Shown here piece after piece: positions 7,582 through 17,652 of a stretch of DNA of 24,000 bases (its first letter is position 1; every line of letters starts with the position of its first letter). The position numbers were made by a program, and so were the translations under genes. A model generated the notes under the pieces. That model worked only from the letters and a program-made list of their open reading frames with translations, did no database searches and had not been told where the DNA came from. Source of the stretch: Microcystaceae cyanobacterium (lineage in GTDB: Bacteria > Cyanobacteriota > Cyanobacteriia > Cyanobacteriales > Microcystaceae); the NCBI GenBank assembly GCA_041746575.1, contig JBGTGT010000113.1:63486-87485 (forward strand), read 5' to 3'.

Positions 7582-10500
7582 CTAACTTACTTTTTCTTCA
7601 GGTAATCCCCCTTTTAAATGACTTAACCACTCAATTAAACTCTCTAATTGTTTTTGGGGTTTCATGACGCCTAATCCTCGCACTACTACTTTTTTAGACG
7701 TATAAACGAAACGAGTTTGTAAATATTTTGGTAAATTTTCTGCTAACAATTTCCATGCCGGCTCTTCCATGGGAGTTTCTAAAATAACGTGTTGTTTTCC
7801 TTCAGGTTTAATACGCGAAAATCCCACTGATTTCGCTAAGAATTTCAATTTAATCACCTGTAATAATTGTTGCACAGGAGACGGTAATGCGCCGTAGCGA
7901 TCGCACCATTCTGCCGCAATTTGAGTTAATCTCTCCTGAGAATCTGCTGTCGCCACTTGTCGATAGGCGGCCATTTTTTGCTCTAAATCGGTGATATAGT
8001 CGGCGGGAATAAAGGCTGTTAGGTTCAAATCGATGCTGGTTTCCTCAACTTTAGGAATTTCTTGTCCCTGTATCTCATTAATAGCTTCTTGCAACATCTC
8101 CATATATAATTCAAAGCCAATCGCCGCCATTTGTCCCGATTGCTCTGCCCCTAAAAGGTTACCGACGCCGCGAATTTCCATATCTCGGGTGGCTAGTTGA
8201 TAACCTGACCCCAATTGACTAAACTCTTGTAAAGCGCGCAGTCGCTCCCTTGCCGTTTCGGATAAATCTCCTTTACCGGGATAAAGTAACCATGCGTGAG
8301 CTTGAGTACCAGAGCGTCCGACGCGTCCTCGCAGTTGATAAAGCTGAGATAAGCCAAATTTTTGAGAATCTTCGACAATAATGGTGTTTACCCTCGGAAT
8401 GTCCAAACCCGATTCAATGATAGTGGTACAAACCAAAATATCCGCTTCTCCGTTATTAAACGCTAACATGGCAGTTTCTAATTCATTGACTTCCATTTGA
8501 CCATGAGCCATCATAATCCTAGCACTGGGTATCATTTGCTGTAACTGTCCGGCGATTTCTTCAATTCCTTCCACTTTAGGAACGACATAAAAGACTTGTC
8601 CTCCCCTGTCTAATTCGTTACGAATAGCAGTGCGGATAACATCGGTGTTGTAAGTAGAAAGATGGGTTTTAATCGGACGACGAGAAGGGGGAGGGGTAGT
8701 AATCAAACTCATTTCTCGTATGCCTGAAAGAGACATGTAGAGGGTTCGGGGAATCGGTGTAGCGGTTAAGGTTAAGACATCAACTTGAGTTTTCATTGCC
8801 TTAATTTTCTCTTTTTGATTGACACCAAACCGTTGTTCTTCGTCTATTATAAGTAATCCTAAGTCTTTAAACTTAACACTTTTTCCTAATAATTGATGGG
8901 TTCCCACCACAATATCTAATTCCCCCGTAGCAAGGCGTTGGATTATATCTTTTTTCTCAGAAGCAGTGCGAAACCGATTTAACAAACCAATATTAATCGG
9001 ATAGGGAGCAAATCGTTCTTTCAAAGTGTGATAATGTTGTTGAGTTAGAATCGTAGTAGGGGCGAGAAAAGCGACTTGTTTATGTCCTGATGTAACAGCT
9101 TTAAAAATAGCTCGAATAGCGACTTCAGTTTTACCAAAACCCACATCCCCACAAACTAGCCTATCCATCGGGCGATCGCTTTCTAAATCTCTTTTAACAT
9201 CCTGTGTGGCTTTTAATTGGTCAGGAGTGGGTTGATAAGGAAAGGAGTCCTCCATTTCTATTTGCCAAGGCGTATCTACGGGATAGGTAAACCTTGTCAA
9301 TTTAGAACGTTTCGCATAAAGATTTAAGAGATCAACCGCTAATTTTTTAATTGCTTTTCTGATTCTTTGTCGTGTTTTTTCCCATCCCTGCCCTGACATT
9401 TTATCGAGTTGGGGAGGACGATTGCTAATATTACGATAGCGAGATAAACTATCTAGATTATCAGCAGGAATACGCAGAATTCCATCGGCATATTGCAGAA
9501 CTAAGTATTCGCGAGTAGATAGGGTTTCTAACTGAATAAATTTACCGATGCCATGACTTTTATGAACAACATAATCTCCCGGCGTGAGTTTATTGACATC
9601 TACCTGTTTTGAAGTGGCTTTTCGTCGTTTACGAACATATCCTGTTACGGCTAAAACGTGTTGACCAAAAAACTCTCTATCGGTCACAACCACAATACGA
9701 AAAGTGGGTAAAATAAAGCCTTCTAATTCTGCTAAACCGGAATATTTTAAAGCAATATTTGTGCCTTGTATTTGAAGTTTTTCGATGGCAGGATAATCTT
9801 TAATATTGGGAACGAATTGAGAGGGACAATCGTGTTCTTGTAAGAGTGAAACAGTGCGAGAAGGTTGAGCAGAAATTAACCAAGTAGCATACTTTTCGAT
9901 AGTCATTCCTTGATAAATTTCCCGCTTTCCTCTCAGAATTTCAGCCATCTTCGCAAATTGATGAGGAGTGGTGGGCAGGGGACGGCTGGATAAGTTAATA
10001 GCGGCTTTATCGGTTGCTTCTACTAATTCTGATAAGTAGAGAATAGGAAAGGCTTGAAATTGTTGAATTGTTTGATCAAAAGCTCGGTGTATTTTTGGTA
10101 AAAAGGCTTGAGAATTGAATTCTTCCCATTGATCTTGCACATATTCTAACCATTTATCGCTATGGGATTGACACTGCTCTAATTCATCAATTGCCCATAA
10201 AGTATCATCAGGCAAATAATCCAGAAGGGAACTCGGAGACTCAAAAGCAAGCCCCAAAAAACGCCCCATTCCTTCAGGAAAGTTACCCCTTTCTAAATCG
10301 TCTTGTTCTGCTGAAGAGAGGAAAGAATGAATACGATTTCCGGTTACTTGAAGCTGCTGAGAAATAATCGGTGCGAAGCTAGTCGGAGTGACCACAATTT
10401 GTTCAATTCTATCTAAAGATCGTTGGGTTGAAGGGTCAAATTCCCGAATTTGTTCTAATTCATCACCAAACCATTCTAATCTTAGGGGCAATTCCGCAGA

Positions 10501-11070
10501 AACAGGGAAAATATCGACAATATCTCCTCTACGACTCCATTGTCCTTCTGTTTCCACTAAAGACACCCTTTCGTAGCCCAGTTGTGCCAATTCCTGCTCT
10601 AATGCTTTGGCATCTTGACTCATGCCCGACGTGAAGGTAAGGCAGTAACGTTGAAAGACATCTGGGGGAGGAAGATGAGGCTGTAACGCTTTTTCGGTGG
10701 TAACAATGGCGAGTTGTCGGGTAACGGATAATGGGTTATGGATGACTGACAAAACCTGCATCTGTCCCCAAATCATCTCGGATTCTGGGTTAAAAGCTTC
10801 GTAAGGAGACGCTTCTGAGGTGGGATAGAAATTCACGCTTTTCCACCCCATCGTCTCTAATTGTGCCGTCCAACGGGAGGCTTCCTCAAGGGTGGCGCAA
10901 ACCACTAAGAGATTTTGAGCTTCAGCTTGGGCTAGACTAGACGCAAGGAGTCCTTTAACGATGCGAGGGATTCCGGTTAGGTGTAAGGTCTTATTTTTAG
11001 CTAATTTTTGCTGTAATTCTGCACTGAGGGGCGATTTATTGAGGTGACGAATAACAGAAGAAAAAACCAT
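7582..11070 (-). CDS. mfd: Transcription-repair coupling factor
   Basis: 1162 aa. UvrB-homology N-terminal region. CarD-like segment [19 protein letters not shown]2 translocase motifs [26 protein letters not shown] and [10 protein letters not shown]-terminal TRCF domain. Confidence 0.95.
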   Translation of the reverse strand: MVFSSVIRHLNKSPLSAELQQKLAKNKTLHLTGIPRIVKGLLASSLAQAEAQNLLVVCATLEEASRWTAQLETMGWKSVNFYPTSEASPYEAFNPESEMIWGQMQVLSVIHNPLSVTRQLAIVTTEKALQPHLPPPDVFQRYCLTFTSGMSQDAKALEQELAQLGYERVSLVETEGQWSRRGDIVDIFPVSAELPLRLEWFGDELEQIREFDPSTQRSLDRIEQIVVTPTSFAPIISQQLQVTGNRIHSFLSSAEQDDLERGNFPEGMGRFLGLAFESPSSLLDYLPDDTLWAIDELEQCQSHSDKWLEYVQDQWEEFNSQAFLPKIHRAFDQTIQQFQAFPILYLSELVEATDKAAINLSSRPLPTTPHQFAKMAEILRGKREIYQGMTIEKYATWLISAQPSRTVSLLQEHDCPSQFVPNIKDYPAIEKLQIQGTNIALKYSGLAELEGFILPTFRIVVVTDREFFGQHVLAVTGYVRKRRKATSKQVDVNKLTPGDYVVHKSHGIGKFIQLETLSTREYLVLQYADGILRIPADNLDSLSRYRNISNRPPQLDKMSGQGWEKTRQRIRKAIKKLAVDLLNLYAKRSKLTRFTYPVDTPWQIEMEDSFPYQPTPDQLKATQDVKRDLESDRPMDRLVCGDVGFGKTEVAIRAIFKAVTSGHKQVAFLAPTTILTQQHYHTLKERFAPYPINIGLLNRFRTASEKKDIIQRLATGELDIVVGTHQLLGKSVKFKDLGLLIIDEEQRFGVNQKEKIKAMKTQVDVLTLTATPIPRTLYMSLSGIREMSLITTPPPSRRPIKTHLSTYNTDVIRTAIRNELDRGGQVFYVVPKVEGIEEIAGQLQQMIPSARIMMAHGQMEVNELETAMLAFNNGEADILVCTTIIESGLDIPRVNTIIVEDSQKFGLSQLYQLRGRVGRSGTQAHAWLLYPGKGDLSETARERLRALQEFSQLGSGYQLATRDMEIRGVGNLLGAEQSGQMAAIGFELYMEMLQEAINEIQGQEIPKVEETSIDLNLTAFIPADYITDLEQKMAAYRQVATADSQERLTQIAAEWCDRYGALPSPVQQLLQVIKLKFLAKSVGFSRIKPEGKQHVILETPMEEPAWKLLAENLPKYLQTRFVYTSKKVVVRGLGVMKPQKQLESLIEWLSHLKGGLPEEKVS

Positions 11071-11275
11071 AGGGAGGAAGCATCAAAATTTTAAGCGCAA
11101 TTTTATATTATATAACCATCTCCAAAAGTCTTAAAAACTTATCTTTACTTCATTCGTAATCTTGCAAAATCTAGCTAAATAATCCTCATCCAATGCTTTA
11201 TTTACCCTCAATAGCTATCAGCCGCTTTCAGTGATGACATTCAAGTACTGCGTCATTTTTTCTCCTGTCAAATTC

Positions 11276-12799
11276 TTAGAATTCATCCACAGGGGTTGCC
11301 AATCCATATTTTTCTAAAAGTGTCACTAATTGTTCTTTGGCTTGAGAGGCGTTAATCGCTAATTCTGCAAATTCAATGTAACGTTTCAGTTCTTTACGGA
11401 GTAAATTACGTTCGACTTCCCACGTTTCTCGATCTAACGCTGGGGGTAAAACAATCATATCAAATAAAGTTGCCTGTTTTTTGTGGGGATGAACTCGTAA
11501 TATACGTCCCCTTCGTTGAATAAATTGACGCGGATTCCCTGTACTTGCTAAGATAATTGCTGTTTGAATGGAGGGAATATCTACCCCTTCATCAAGACAA
11601 CGAATGGCAACTAATCCTTGCAAGATTCCTTGTTCAAATTGTTGACGTATTTTTTCTCTTTCTTTTAAGGGCGTTTCGGCGGTATAAGTATTAACTCGGT
11701 ACCCCATTTCTTGTCCCAAAACTTGGGTAACGACTTCTAATTGACGGCGATAAGATTGATTATGGTGGGCGACAGAGCCATCGCCACAATAAAAGAGAGT
11801 ATGGTCAGTATTTTTTCGATTAATCATTACTTCTCTTAAGGCTTGAATTTTATTTTCTGCTGTACCAATTAAACGAGCGCGTTGGATTAATAAAGCCGTT
11901 AGCGTTTCATTTTTGGTGCCTTGATTGTGTTTGCTTAATGCCCAGCCAATCCGTTGTGTTAACTTTGCATATTGCCACGCTTCCGATTCTGTTAATTCTA
12001 CAAAAATAGGATAGTATAAATAGGGGGCTAACACGTTTTTTTGAATAGCATCTTCGAGGGTAAATTCAGGTTCTAAAATTTTGCCAAAGTAAGACAATAA
12101 AGATTCTGTCCCTTCTTCATCAAAGTAGCGTTCAGGGGTTGCTGATAATCCTAGGCGTAAGCCAATGCTACGGGGTAATTTGTCTAAGAGATGCTCAGAT
12201 CCTAAGTTATGAACTTCATCTCCAATCATTAAGGTTTTTTCGGGAAAAAATTGAATATTAGACTGAAAACCTTCAGTGATTAAGGTCGAATTGGTGGTGA
12301 TAACCGTTAAAAAATCCTGTGGATTAATCGTTAAATTATACAATTGATTTGCCAAAATAGGTTGCCACTGATGAACCGTTTCAAAGGCCAAAATTGGACA
12401 TAAATGAAAGCGTTGACACTCTTTTTCCCATTGGGTGACTAGATGACAATAAGGACAAATTATCACCACCATTCTTAAGTTAATTTTCTGGTATAATTCA
12501 GTAAGAATCGCTAGAGCAGTAATGGTTTTACCGCTTCCTGTGGCCATTTTTAATGTTCCTCGGCCTTGATGATTGAACCAATTCAGAATTGCTTGATGTT
12601 GATAATCTCTTAGGAAAAAATTGGCAGGGTATTTAGGAATGCCTAACTGCTGAGTATGATAATCGCTAAACGATTCTGCAACTCTTTTTTTAATTTTCTT
12701 TTGATACGTTTGGCTTAAGTATTGCCAGTCTATATTAAGAGAGTTTTCATGTTCAATTAATTGAGGGGGATGGGACCAATGAAAATAATTGATAGACAT
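11276..12799 (-). CDS. Superfamily-2 DEAD/DEAH-box helicase (ResIII + Helicase_C architecture, COG1061/XPB-Ssl2-like)
   Basis: Motif I MATGSGKT, motif II IGDEVHNLG, motif III LSATPER, motif VI QFIQRRGRILR. 507 aa. Same strand as mfd, ending 205 nt upstream of its start. Confidence 0.8.
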   Translation of the reverse strand: MSINYFHWSHPPQLIEHENSLNIDWQYLSQTYQKKIKKRVAESFSDYHTQQLGIPKYPANFFLRDYQHQAILNWFNHQGRGTLKMATGSGKTITALAILTELYQKINLRMVVIICPYCHLVTQWEKECQRFHLCPILAFETVHQWQPILANQLYNLTINPQDFLTVITTNSTLITEGFQSNIQFFPEKTLMIGDEVHNLGSEHLLDKLPRSIGLRLGLSATPERYFDEEGTESLLSYFGKILEPEFTLEDAIQKNVLAPYLYYPIFVELTESEAWQYAKLTQRIGWALSKHNQGTKNETLTALLIQRARLIGTAENKIQALREVMINRKNTDHTLFYCGDGSVAHHNQSYRRQLEVVTQVLGQEMGYRVNTYTAETPLKEREKIRQQFEQGILQGLVAIRCLDEGVDIPSIQTAIILASTGNPRQFIQRRGRILRVHPHKKQATLFDMIVLPPALDRETWEVERNLLRKELKRYIEFAELAINASQAKEQLVTLLEKYGLATPVDEF

Positions 12800-12957
12800 A
12801 GCTTGATCAAAATAAAATTTTTATTACTAACAGATATTAAACCTATGATAACTTAAACTTAAAAGACAGTAACTAATTCGTCACCATGGAGAAATAGAGA
12901 TTAAAAATAAATAGGTAGAAATCCAGAATCATCCGTTTAAGTGTCTTAATATTTAGT

Positions 12958-13515
12958 TCATTTTTGTCCTTTTTTGAATCTTTTATTCGTTTTTTTCTGG
13001 TTTTTTTTGAGAGTGGAAAAAGATTTCAGTTTTGAACTAATTTGATCACTGATACTGTGACTCATTGCGCCTAGTTCTAAACCTATAAAAATAGCGATCG
13101 CTTCTTCTTGATACTGCTTCACGATTAGATTGATAATCTGTGTTCCCGTTGCTAACAAGTTGAACTCGAATTTATTGCTTAAATTCAATAAAGAAAGAAT
13201 AAGAATGGATAATAAGATTAAAAACAATGACAAATAGAATAACCGAATTATTGTACCGATCATCAACCCATGGGATAAAAATGAGCGATGTCTGATCCAT
13301 TTTTGATAAGGTTTCCAAATTCCCCTTAACATTCCCCATCGTTTGTATTGAATTGAATAAATATCTAAATCCGGCCCAAACATCAAGCCACTGAAGAGAT
13401 AAGCGGTAGAAACGATTAACGTAATGCTCCACTTTTGAGTCAAAATATAACAGAGACTTAAAAGGAGTGGAATCGTTAAAAACGTAATGCGATCATGGGT
13501 TTGACCTGATGGCAT
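12958..13515 (-). CDS. Small multi-pass membrane protein, probably DUF2227-type putative metal-binding protein
   Basis: The N-terminus MPSGQTHDRITF and the segments GLMFGPDLDIYSIQYKRWG...RHRSFLSHG resemble my recollection of DUF2227 'metal-binding protein' entries from cyanobacteria. It has several hydrophobic helices and a Lys-rich tail. The nested ORF 13172..13432 is spurious. Confidence 0.5.
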   Translation of the reverse strand: MPSGQTHDRITFLTIPLLLSLCYILTQKWSITLIVSTAYLFSGLMFGPDLDIYSIQYKRWGMLRGIWKPYQKWIRHRSFLSHGLMIGTIIRLFYLSLFLILLSILILSLLNLSNKFEFNLLATGTQIINLIVKQYQEEAIAIFIGLELGAMSHSISDQISSKLKSFSTLKKNQKKTNKRFKKGQK

Positions 13516-13616
13516 AATACCCCATTTTTAATTCGTGAAGGAGATTAATCATCAAGGACGTTGAGTCAAGCTCATCAATCATCATAACCTCTACCGACCC
13601 AGCTATTTAACAGAAA

Positions 13617-13643
13617 TTAAGCAATCTTACTTAACCGTTAAGT
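13617..13643. promoter_or_regulatory. Cluster of TTAAG/CTTAA half-sites including a perfect 7+1+7 palindrome ACTTAAC-C-GTTAAGT
   Basis: Read directly: TTAAG at 13617-13621, then ACTTAACCGTTAAGT at 13629-13643. It lies in the 487-bp divergent intergenic region, about 115 bp from the 12958..13515 start and about 360 bp from the rbcL start. The binding protein, if any, is unknown. Confidence 0.3.
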
Positions 13644-14002
13644 TTTCGTTATGTAACTTTTTATAAAAAAGCGAGATCAAGACGTCACTTTATGATATGG
13701 AGAAAAACAAGCTTAAGAATAGGGAATAACCCTCACGTAAAACCCATCAGGAAAGTTAATCAAAGGGTCTATAAATTGTAATTGAAAAATCCTTAAATAG
13801 GCAATCCTAGAATGACAAAACCCGATATCACTCATGGTATGATGAGGACTCGAAGGAAAGATTAAGGATTCTTAACGGTCGTTCAGACAAGGCTTCTGAC
13901 AACCGAATAGAAAAATTCTCCCGAAATATGGCGTTAGCTCAATCGAGATAGAACGCTAAGTAAAGAGACGTTAAATTTGCCATTTTATGGAGGAATAACC
14001 AA

Positions 14003-15418
14003 ATGGTACAAACCAAATCCAAAGGGTTTCAGGCCGGTGTACAAGACTATCGCCTAACCTACTATACGCCCGACTATACCCCTAAAGATACCGATTTGCT
14101 AGCTTGCTTTCGGATGACTCCTCAGCCCGGTGTTCCTCCCGAAGAAGCAGGGGCAGCCGTTGCAGCAGAATCTTCAACCGGGACTTGGACAACAGTTTGG
14201 ACAGACAACTTAACGGACTTAGACCGTTATAAAGGTCGTTGTTATGATCTCGAACCCGTTCCCAACGAAGATAACCAATATTTTGCCTTTATTGCTTATC
14301 CTTTAGACTTATTTGAAGAAGGATCTGTTACAAACGTTCTTACCTCTTTAGTCGGTAACGTTTTCGGATTTAAAGCCTTAAGAGCATTACGTTTAGAAGA
14401 TATTCGCTTCCCTGTTGCTCTCATCAAGACCTTCCCCGGACCTCCCCACGGTATTACTGTAGAACGGGATAAATTAAATAAATATGGTCGTCCGTTACTC
14501 GGTTGTACCATTAAACCCAAACTCGGTTTATCCGCAAAAAACTATGGACGGGCAGTCTATGAGTGTCTTCGCGGTGGCTTAGACTTCACCAAAGATGACG
14601 AAAACATCAACTCTCAGCCTTTCATGCGTTGGCGCGATCGTTTTCTCTTCGTACAAGAGGCGATTGTAAAATCTCAAGCAGAAACCAACGAAGTTAAAGG
14701 TCATTACCTCAACGTAACGGCTGGAACTTGCGAAGAAATGCTCAAACGGGCAGAATTCGCCAAAGAAATTGGGACTCCCATCATCATGCACGACTTCTTA
14801 ACAGGCGGTTTCACGGCGAACACCACCTTAGCGAAGTACTGTCGGGATAATGGCTTATTACTGCACATTCACCGAGCAATGCACGCGGTAATCGACCGTC
14901 AGAAAAACCACGGGATTCACTTCCGCGTCTTAGCAAAATGTCTGCGTCTCTCTGGGGGAGATCACCTGCACTCTGGAACAGTGGTCGGTAAACTTGAAGG
15001 GGAACGAGGTATCACCATGGGCTTCGTTGACCTCATGCGGGAAGATTACGTTGAAGAAGACCGTTCTCGCGGGATTTTCTTCACCCAAGACTATGCTTCT
15101 ATGCCTGGCACCATGCCGGTTGCTTCTGGCGGGATTCACGTATGGCATATGCCCGCGCTGGTGGAAATCTTCGGTGACGACTCCTGCCTACAGTTTGGGG
15201 GTGGTACCTTAGGACACCCTTGGGGGAATGCACCCGGTGCAACCGCAAACCGAGTTGCCCTTGAAGCGTGTATTCAAGCCCGTAACGAAGGCCGTAGCTT
15301 AGCTCGTGAAGGAAACGAAGTCATTCGCGAAGCGGCTCGTTGGTCTCCTGAATTGGCGGCCGCCTGTGAACTGTGGAAAGAAATTAAGTTCGAGTTCGAG
15401 GCAATGGATACCCTGTAA
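14003..15418 (+). CDS. rbcL: Ribulose-1,5-bisphosphate carboxylase/oxygenase large subunit (form IB)
   Basis: 471 aa with unmistakable RbcL sequence: [23 protein letters not shown] with the carbamylated-Lys context, [25 protein letters not shown], and [40 protein letters not shown] Shine-Dalgarno at 13989-13994. All antisense and overlapping ORFs in 14296-15521 are spurious. Confidence 0.98.
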   Translation: MVQTKSKGFQAGVQDYRLTYYTPDYTPKDTDLLACFRMTPQPGVPPEEAGAAVAAESSTGTWTTVWTDNLTDLDRYKGRCYDLEPVPNEDNQYFAFIAYPLDLFEEGSVTNVLTSLVGNVFGFKALRALRLEDIRFPVALIKTFPGPPHGITVERDKLNKYGRPLLGCTIKPKLGLSAKNYGRAVYECLRGGLDFTKDDENINSQPFMRWRDRFLFVQEAIVKSQAETNEVKGHYLNVTAGTCEEMLKRAEFAKEIGTPIIMHDFLTGGFTANTTLAKYCRDNGLLLHIHRAMHAVIDRQKNHGIHFRVLAKCLRLSGGDHLHSGTVVGKLEGERGITMGFVDLMREDYVEEDRSRGIFFTQDYASMPGTMPVASGGIHVWHMPALVEIFGDDSCLQFGGGTLGHPWGNAPGATANRVALEACIQARNEGRSLAREGNEVIREAARWSPELAAACELWKEIKFEFEAMDTL

Positions 15419-15428
15419 ATTGGGAAAA

Positions 15429-15578
15429 CAGTTATCAGTGCTGCCAAAGGCACGGCGTAGCCGCCCAGTAAAACGTCAATGGTTATTGCTTAATGAGTGC
15501 AATTTACGAATTTACTCATAACAAACCACTGATAACTGACTAGATGGAAGATTTTGCGCCTCTAGCACTGATAACTGA
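15429..15578 (+). repeat. Inverted repeat with duplicated right arm spanning the rbcL-rbcX spacer
   Basis: The left arm CAGTTATCAGTGC (15429-15441) is the exact reverse complement of GCACTGATAACTG (15565-15577). It also matches 12/12 with CACTGATAACTG (15527-15538). The two right arms form a 13-nt direct repeat, CACTGATAACTGA. The left arm starts 11 nt after the rbcL stop and right arm 2 ends 6 nt before the rbcX ATG. Confidence 0.6.
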
Positions 15579-15583
15579 AACCT

Positions 15584-15967
15584 ATGTATCCTAAAAAAAT
15601 CGCCCAAGATACGGCTCATGTTCTTCAAAGCTACTTGACTTATCAAGCGGTTCGCACCATTATCGACCAACTGTCGGAAACCAACCCCAATCAGTCTCTC
15701 TGGTTACGTCAATATTTGGCTTCCCACAATGTGCAGCAGGGAGAATTCTTCTTAGAGGGACTGATGGGAAACAACAAAGAGCTATTGTTGCGAATTTTGA
15801 CAGTGCGAGAGCATATTGCTGAAGAAATACTCGATTTTCTGCCAGAAATGGTGCGTAGTGGCATTAGTCAAGCGAATATAGAACATCGTCGCCAGTTATT
15901 GGAAAGACTGACTCAATCTCCCTCCGTTTCTACGGAATCGGATGCGGATGACACCCAAGTTTCTTGA
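15584..15967 (+). CDS. rbcX: RuBisCO assembly chaperone RbcX
   Basis: Its position between rbcL and rbcS, and the N-terminus [32 protein letters not shown], are typical of cyanobacterial RbcX. 127 aa. Confidence 0.9.
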   Translation: MYPKKIAQDTAHVLQSYLTYQAVRTIIDQLSETNPNQSLWLRQYLASHNVQQGEFFLEGLMGNNKELLLRILTVREHIAEEILDFLPEMVRSGISQANIEHRRQLLERLTQSPSVSTESDADDTQVS

Positions 15968-16001
15968 ATCAATTCATCAACCATCAAGGAAAATCAGACC
16001 C

Positions 16002-16340
16002 ATGAAAACTTTACCGAAAGAGCGTCGTTACGAAACCCTGTCTTATTTACCCCCTTTAACTGACCAACAAATTGCTAAACAAGTTCAGTATCTTTTAGAT
16101 CAAGGCTTTATCCCCGGTGTTGAATTTGAAGAAGAACCCCAACCCGATACCCACTTCTGGACGATGTGGAAATTGCCTTTATTTAGTGCTTCTTCGTCTC
16201 AAGAAGTGATCGCAGAAGTGCGGGAATGTCGGTCTGAATATCCTAATGCTTACATTCGGGTAATTGGTTTTGACAACATTAAACAATGTCAAACCGTGAG
16301 CTTTATTGTTCACAAACCGAATACAGGTAATCGCTATTAA
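16002..16340 (+). CDS. rbcS: RuBisCO small subunit
   Basis: [44 protein letters not shown]...[14 protein letters not shown] is canonical RbcS at 112 aa. The ORF-track start at 15942 overlaps rbcX and adds 20 non-homologous residues, so I prefer ATG at 16002. Confidence 0.93.
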   Translation: MKTLPKERRYETLSYLPPLTDQQIAKQVQYLLDQGFIPGVEFEEEPQPDTHFWTMWKLPLFSASSSQEVIAEVRECRSEYPNAYIRVIGFDNIKQCQTVSFIVHKPNTGNRY

Positions 16341-16367
16341 GATTCACTTTAATTAACAGATAGTCAG

Positions 16368-16402
16368 CACGGGGGATCATTTCTCTCGTGTTTTTCTTTT
16401 TT
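16368..16402 (+). terminator. Rho-independent terminator of the rbcLXS operon
   Basis: CACGGGGGA-tcatt-TCTCTCGTG forms a 9-bp stem including two G-U pairs with a 5-nt loop. It is followed directly by TTTTTCTTTTTT and starts 28 nt after the rbcS stop. Confidence 0.7.
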
Positions 16403-16578
16403 AACCTTATTTGAAAATGCCCCCCAAAAAATGAAGTTAAATAGACATTATTACGCCCCTTTTAAAGACGACTGGAGTATCATCTAATCCATAATCGCTA
16501 AAACGATAGTCGCTTAAGGGTTCTGTCAAAAATGATAAAAATTGATATACTTTAAGAGCTTAACCCCTTAAAATTCTT

Positions 16579-17568
16579 ATGAATACCGTTGACTATTTAC
16601 GAATAAGTTTGATAGACCGCTGTAACTTTCGCTGTCAATATTGTATGCCAGAAGGGGAAGAATTAAACTATATTTTACAGCAAAATCTTTTGACGTTTAA
16701 AGAAATTCTGATTTTATTACAAGAAGTCTTTATTCCTCTTGGATTTTGTAAGTTTCGCTTAACAGGAGGTGAACCCTTACTGCGTCCCCGAATTGTCGAA
16801 CTGATTAAAGATATCGCTTCACTGCCGCAAACAAAAGATTTATCTTTAACAACCAATGGCTATTTTTTGGCAGAATTAGGACAAGACTTATACAATGCTG
16901 GACTGAGGCGCGTCAATATCAGCTTAGATTCCTTAAATTCTCAAACTTTTAGCAAAATTGCCGGAAATCGAAGTCAAAATCTTTGGGAAAGAACATGGCA
17001 AGGCATTCAAGTGGCGCATCAAGTGGGGTTTAATCCTTTAAAATTAAATGTGGTGGTGATTCCGGGAGTAAATGAGCACGAAGTTGAAAATTTAGCCGCT
17101 TTAACCCTCGAAAAAGAGTGGCACGTCCGTTTTATTGAATTTATGCCGATTGGCAATAATTCTCTTTTTGTAGATAAAGCATGGATTCCTTCAGAAGAAT
17201 TACGTTGCCGCATTCGTCGAAAATGGGGATTAACGGAGTCAAACGTCAGCGGAAATGGCCCCGCCGATGTCTTTCAAATTCCTGACGCAAAAGGGACAAT
17301 TGGTTTTATTAGTCAGATGTCGGAATGTTTCTGCGATCGCTGTAATCGCATGAGATTATCGGCAGATGGCTGGTTAAGACCGTGTTTATTAAATGAAACA
17401 GGACAAATTGACTTAAAATCGGCTTTGAGACAAGGGATATCACCAGAGATACTAAGGGATAAAGTCAGTTATTTATTAAGGATGAAACCAGAGATTAACT
17501 ATAAAGACCGAAATTCAGGTACAGAAAACGGGAATTATCGCCGTACAATGTCACAAATTGGCGGATAG
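16579..17568 (+). CDS. moaA: GTP 3',8-cyclase (molybdenum cofactor biosynthesis protein A, radical SAM)
   Basis: The radical-SAM cluster motif [10 protein letters not shown], the GGEPLLRP segment, the C-terminal second-cluster cysteines [20 protein letters not shown], and the terminal GG all fit MoaA. 329 aa. Confidence 0.9.
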   Translation: MNTVDYLRISLIDRCNFRCQYCMPEGEELNYILQQNLLTFKEILILLQEVFIPLGFCKFRLTGGEPLLRPRIVELIKDIASLPQTKDLSLTTNGYFLAELGQDLYNAGLRRVNISLDSLNSQTFSKIAGNRSQNLWERTWQGIQVAHQVGFNPLKLNVVVIPGVNEHEVENLAALTLEKEWHVRFIEFMPIGNNSLFVDKAWIPSEELRCRIRRKWGLTESNVSGNGPADVFQIPDAKGTIGFISQMSECFCDRCNRMRLSADGWLRPCLLNETGQIDLKSALRQGISPEILRDKVSYLLRMKPEINYKDRNSGTENGNYRRTMSQIGG

Positions 17569-17652
17569 TATTTGATAAGGAGAGAAAGTTTCAAGATAAC
17601 CGATTCATGATATTTAATTTAAGTAGTAAGTCCTGTGATAGCTTAAACTGTT

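Noticed and set aside
14435-14437. RbcL has Pro in KTFPGPPHG, where I recall Gln (KTFQGPPHG) in most form IB enzymes
   Set aside because: I cannot judge its rarity without an alignment. It is a single residue outside the catalytic residues I can place, and may be normal lineage variation or a base-call issue.
14296-15521. Five short ORFs, antisense or out of frame, overlapping rbcL
   Set aside because: They are typical by-products of a long, relatively GC-rich, strongly codon-biased gene. None has a start context or recognisable sequence.
15509-15521. 13-nt exact match AATTTACTCATAA shared by the rbcL-rbcX spacer and the sequence immediately 3' of rnpB (19643-19655)
   Set aside because: In 24 kb of AT-rich DNA on both strands, a few 13-mer coincidences are expected. 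The flanks show no extended similarity.
15942-16001. Upstream ATG start for rbcS given by the ORF track
   Set aside because: It overlaps the rbcX 3' end and adds 20 residues ([20 protein letters not shown]) absent from RbcS proteins. [19 protein letters not shown] at 16002 is the canonical N-terminus.
16403-16578. Possible Moco (moaA-motif) riboswitch upstream of moaA
   Set aside because: No conserved GC-rich helices or Moco-motif core are evident, and the leader is short and AT-rich. An Rfam RF01055 scan would settle it.
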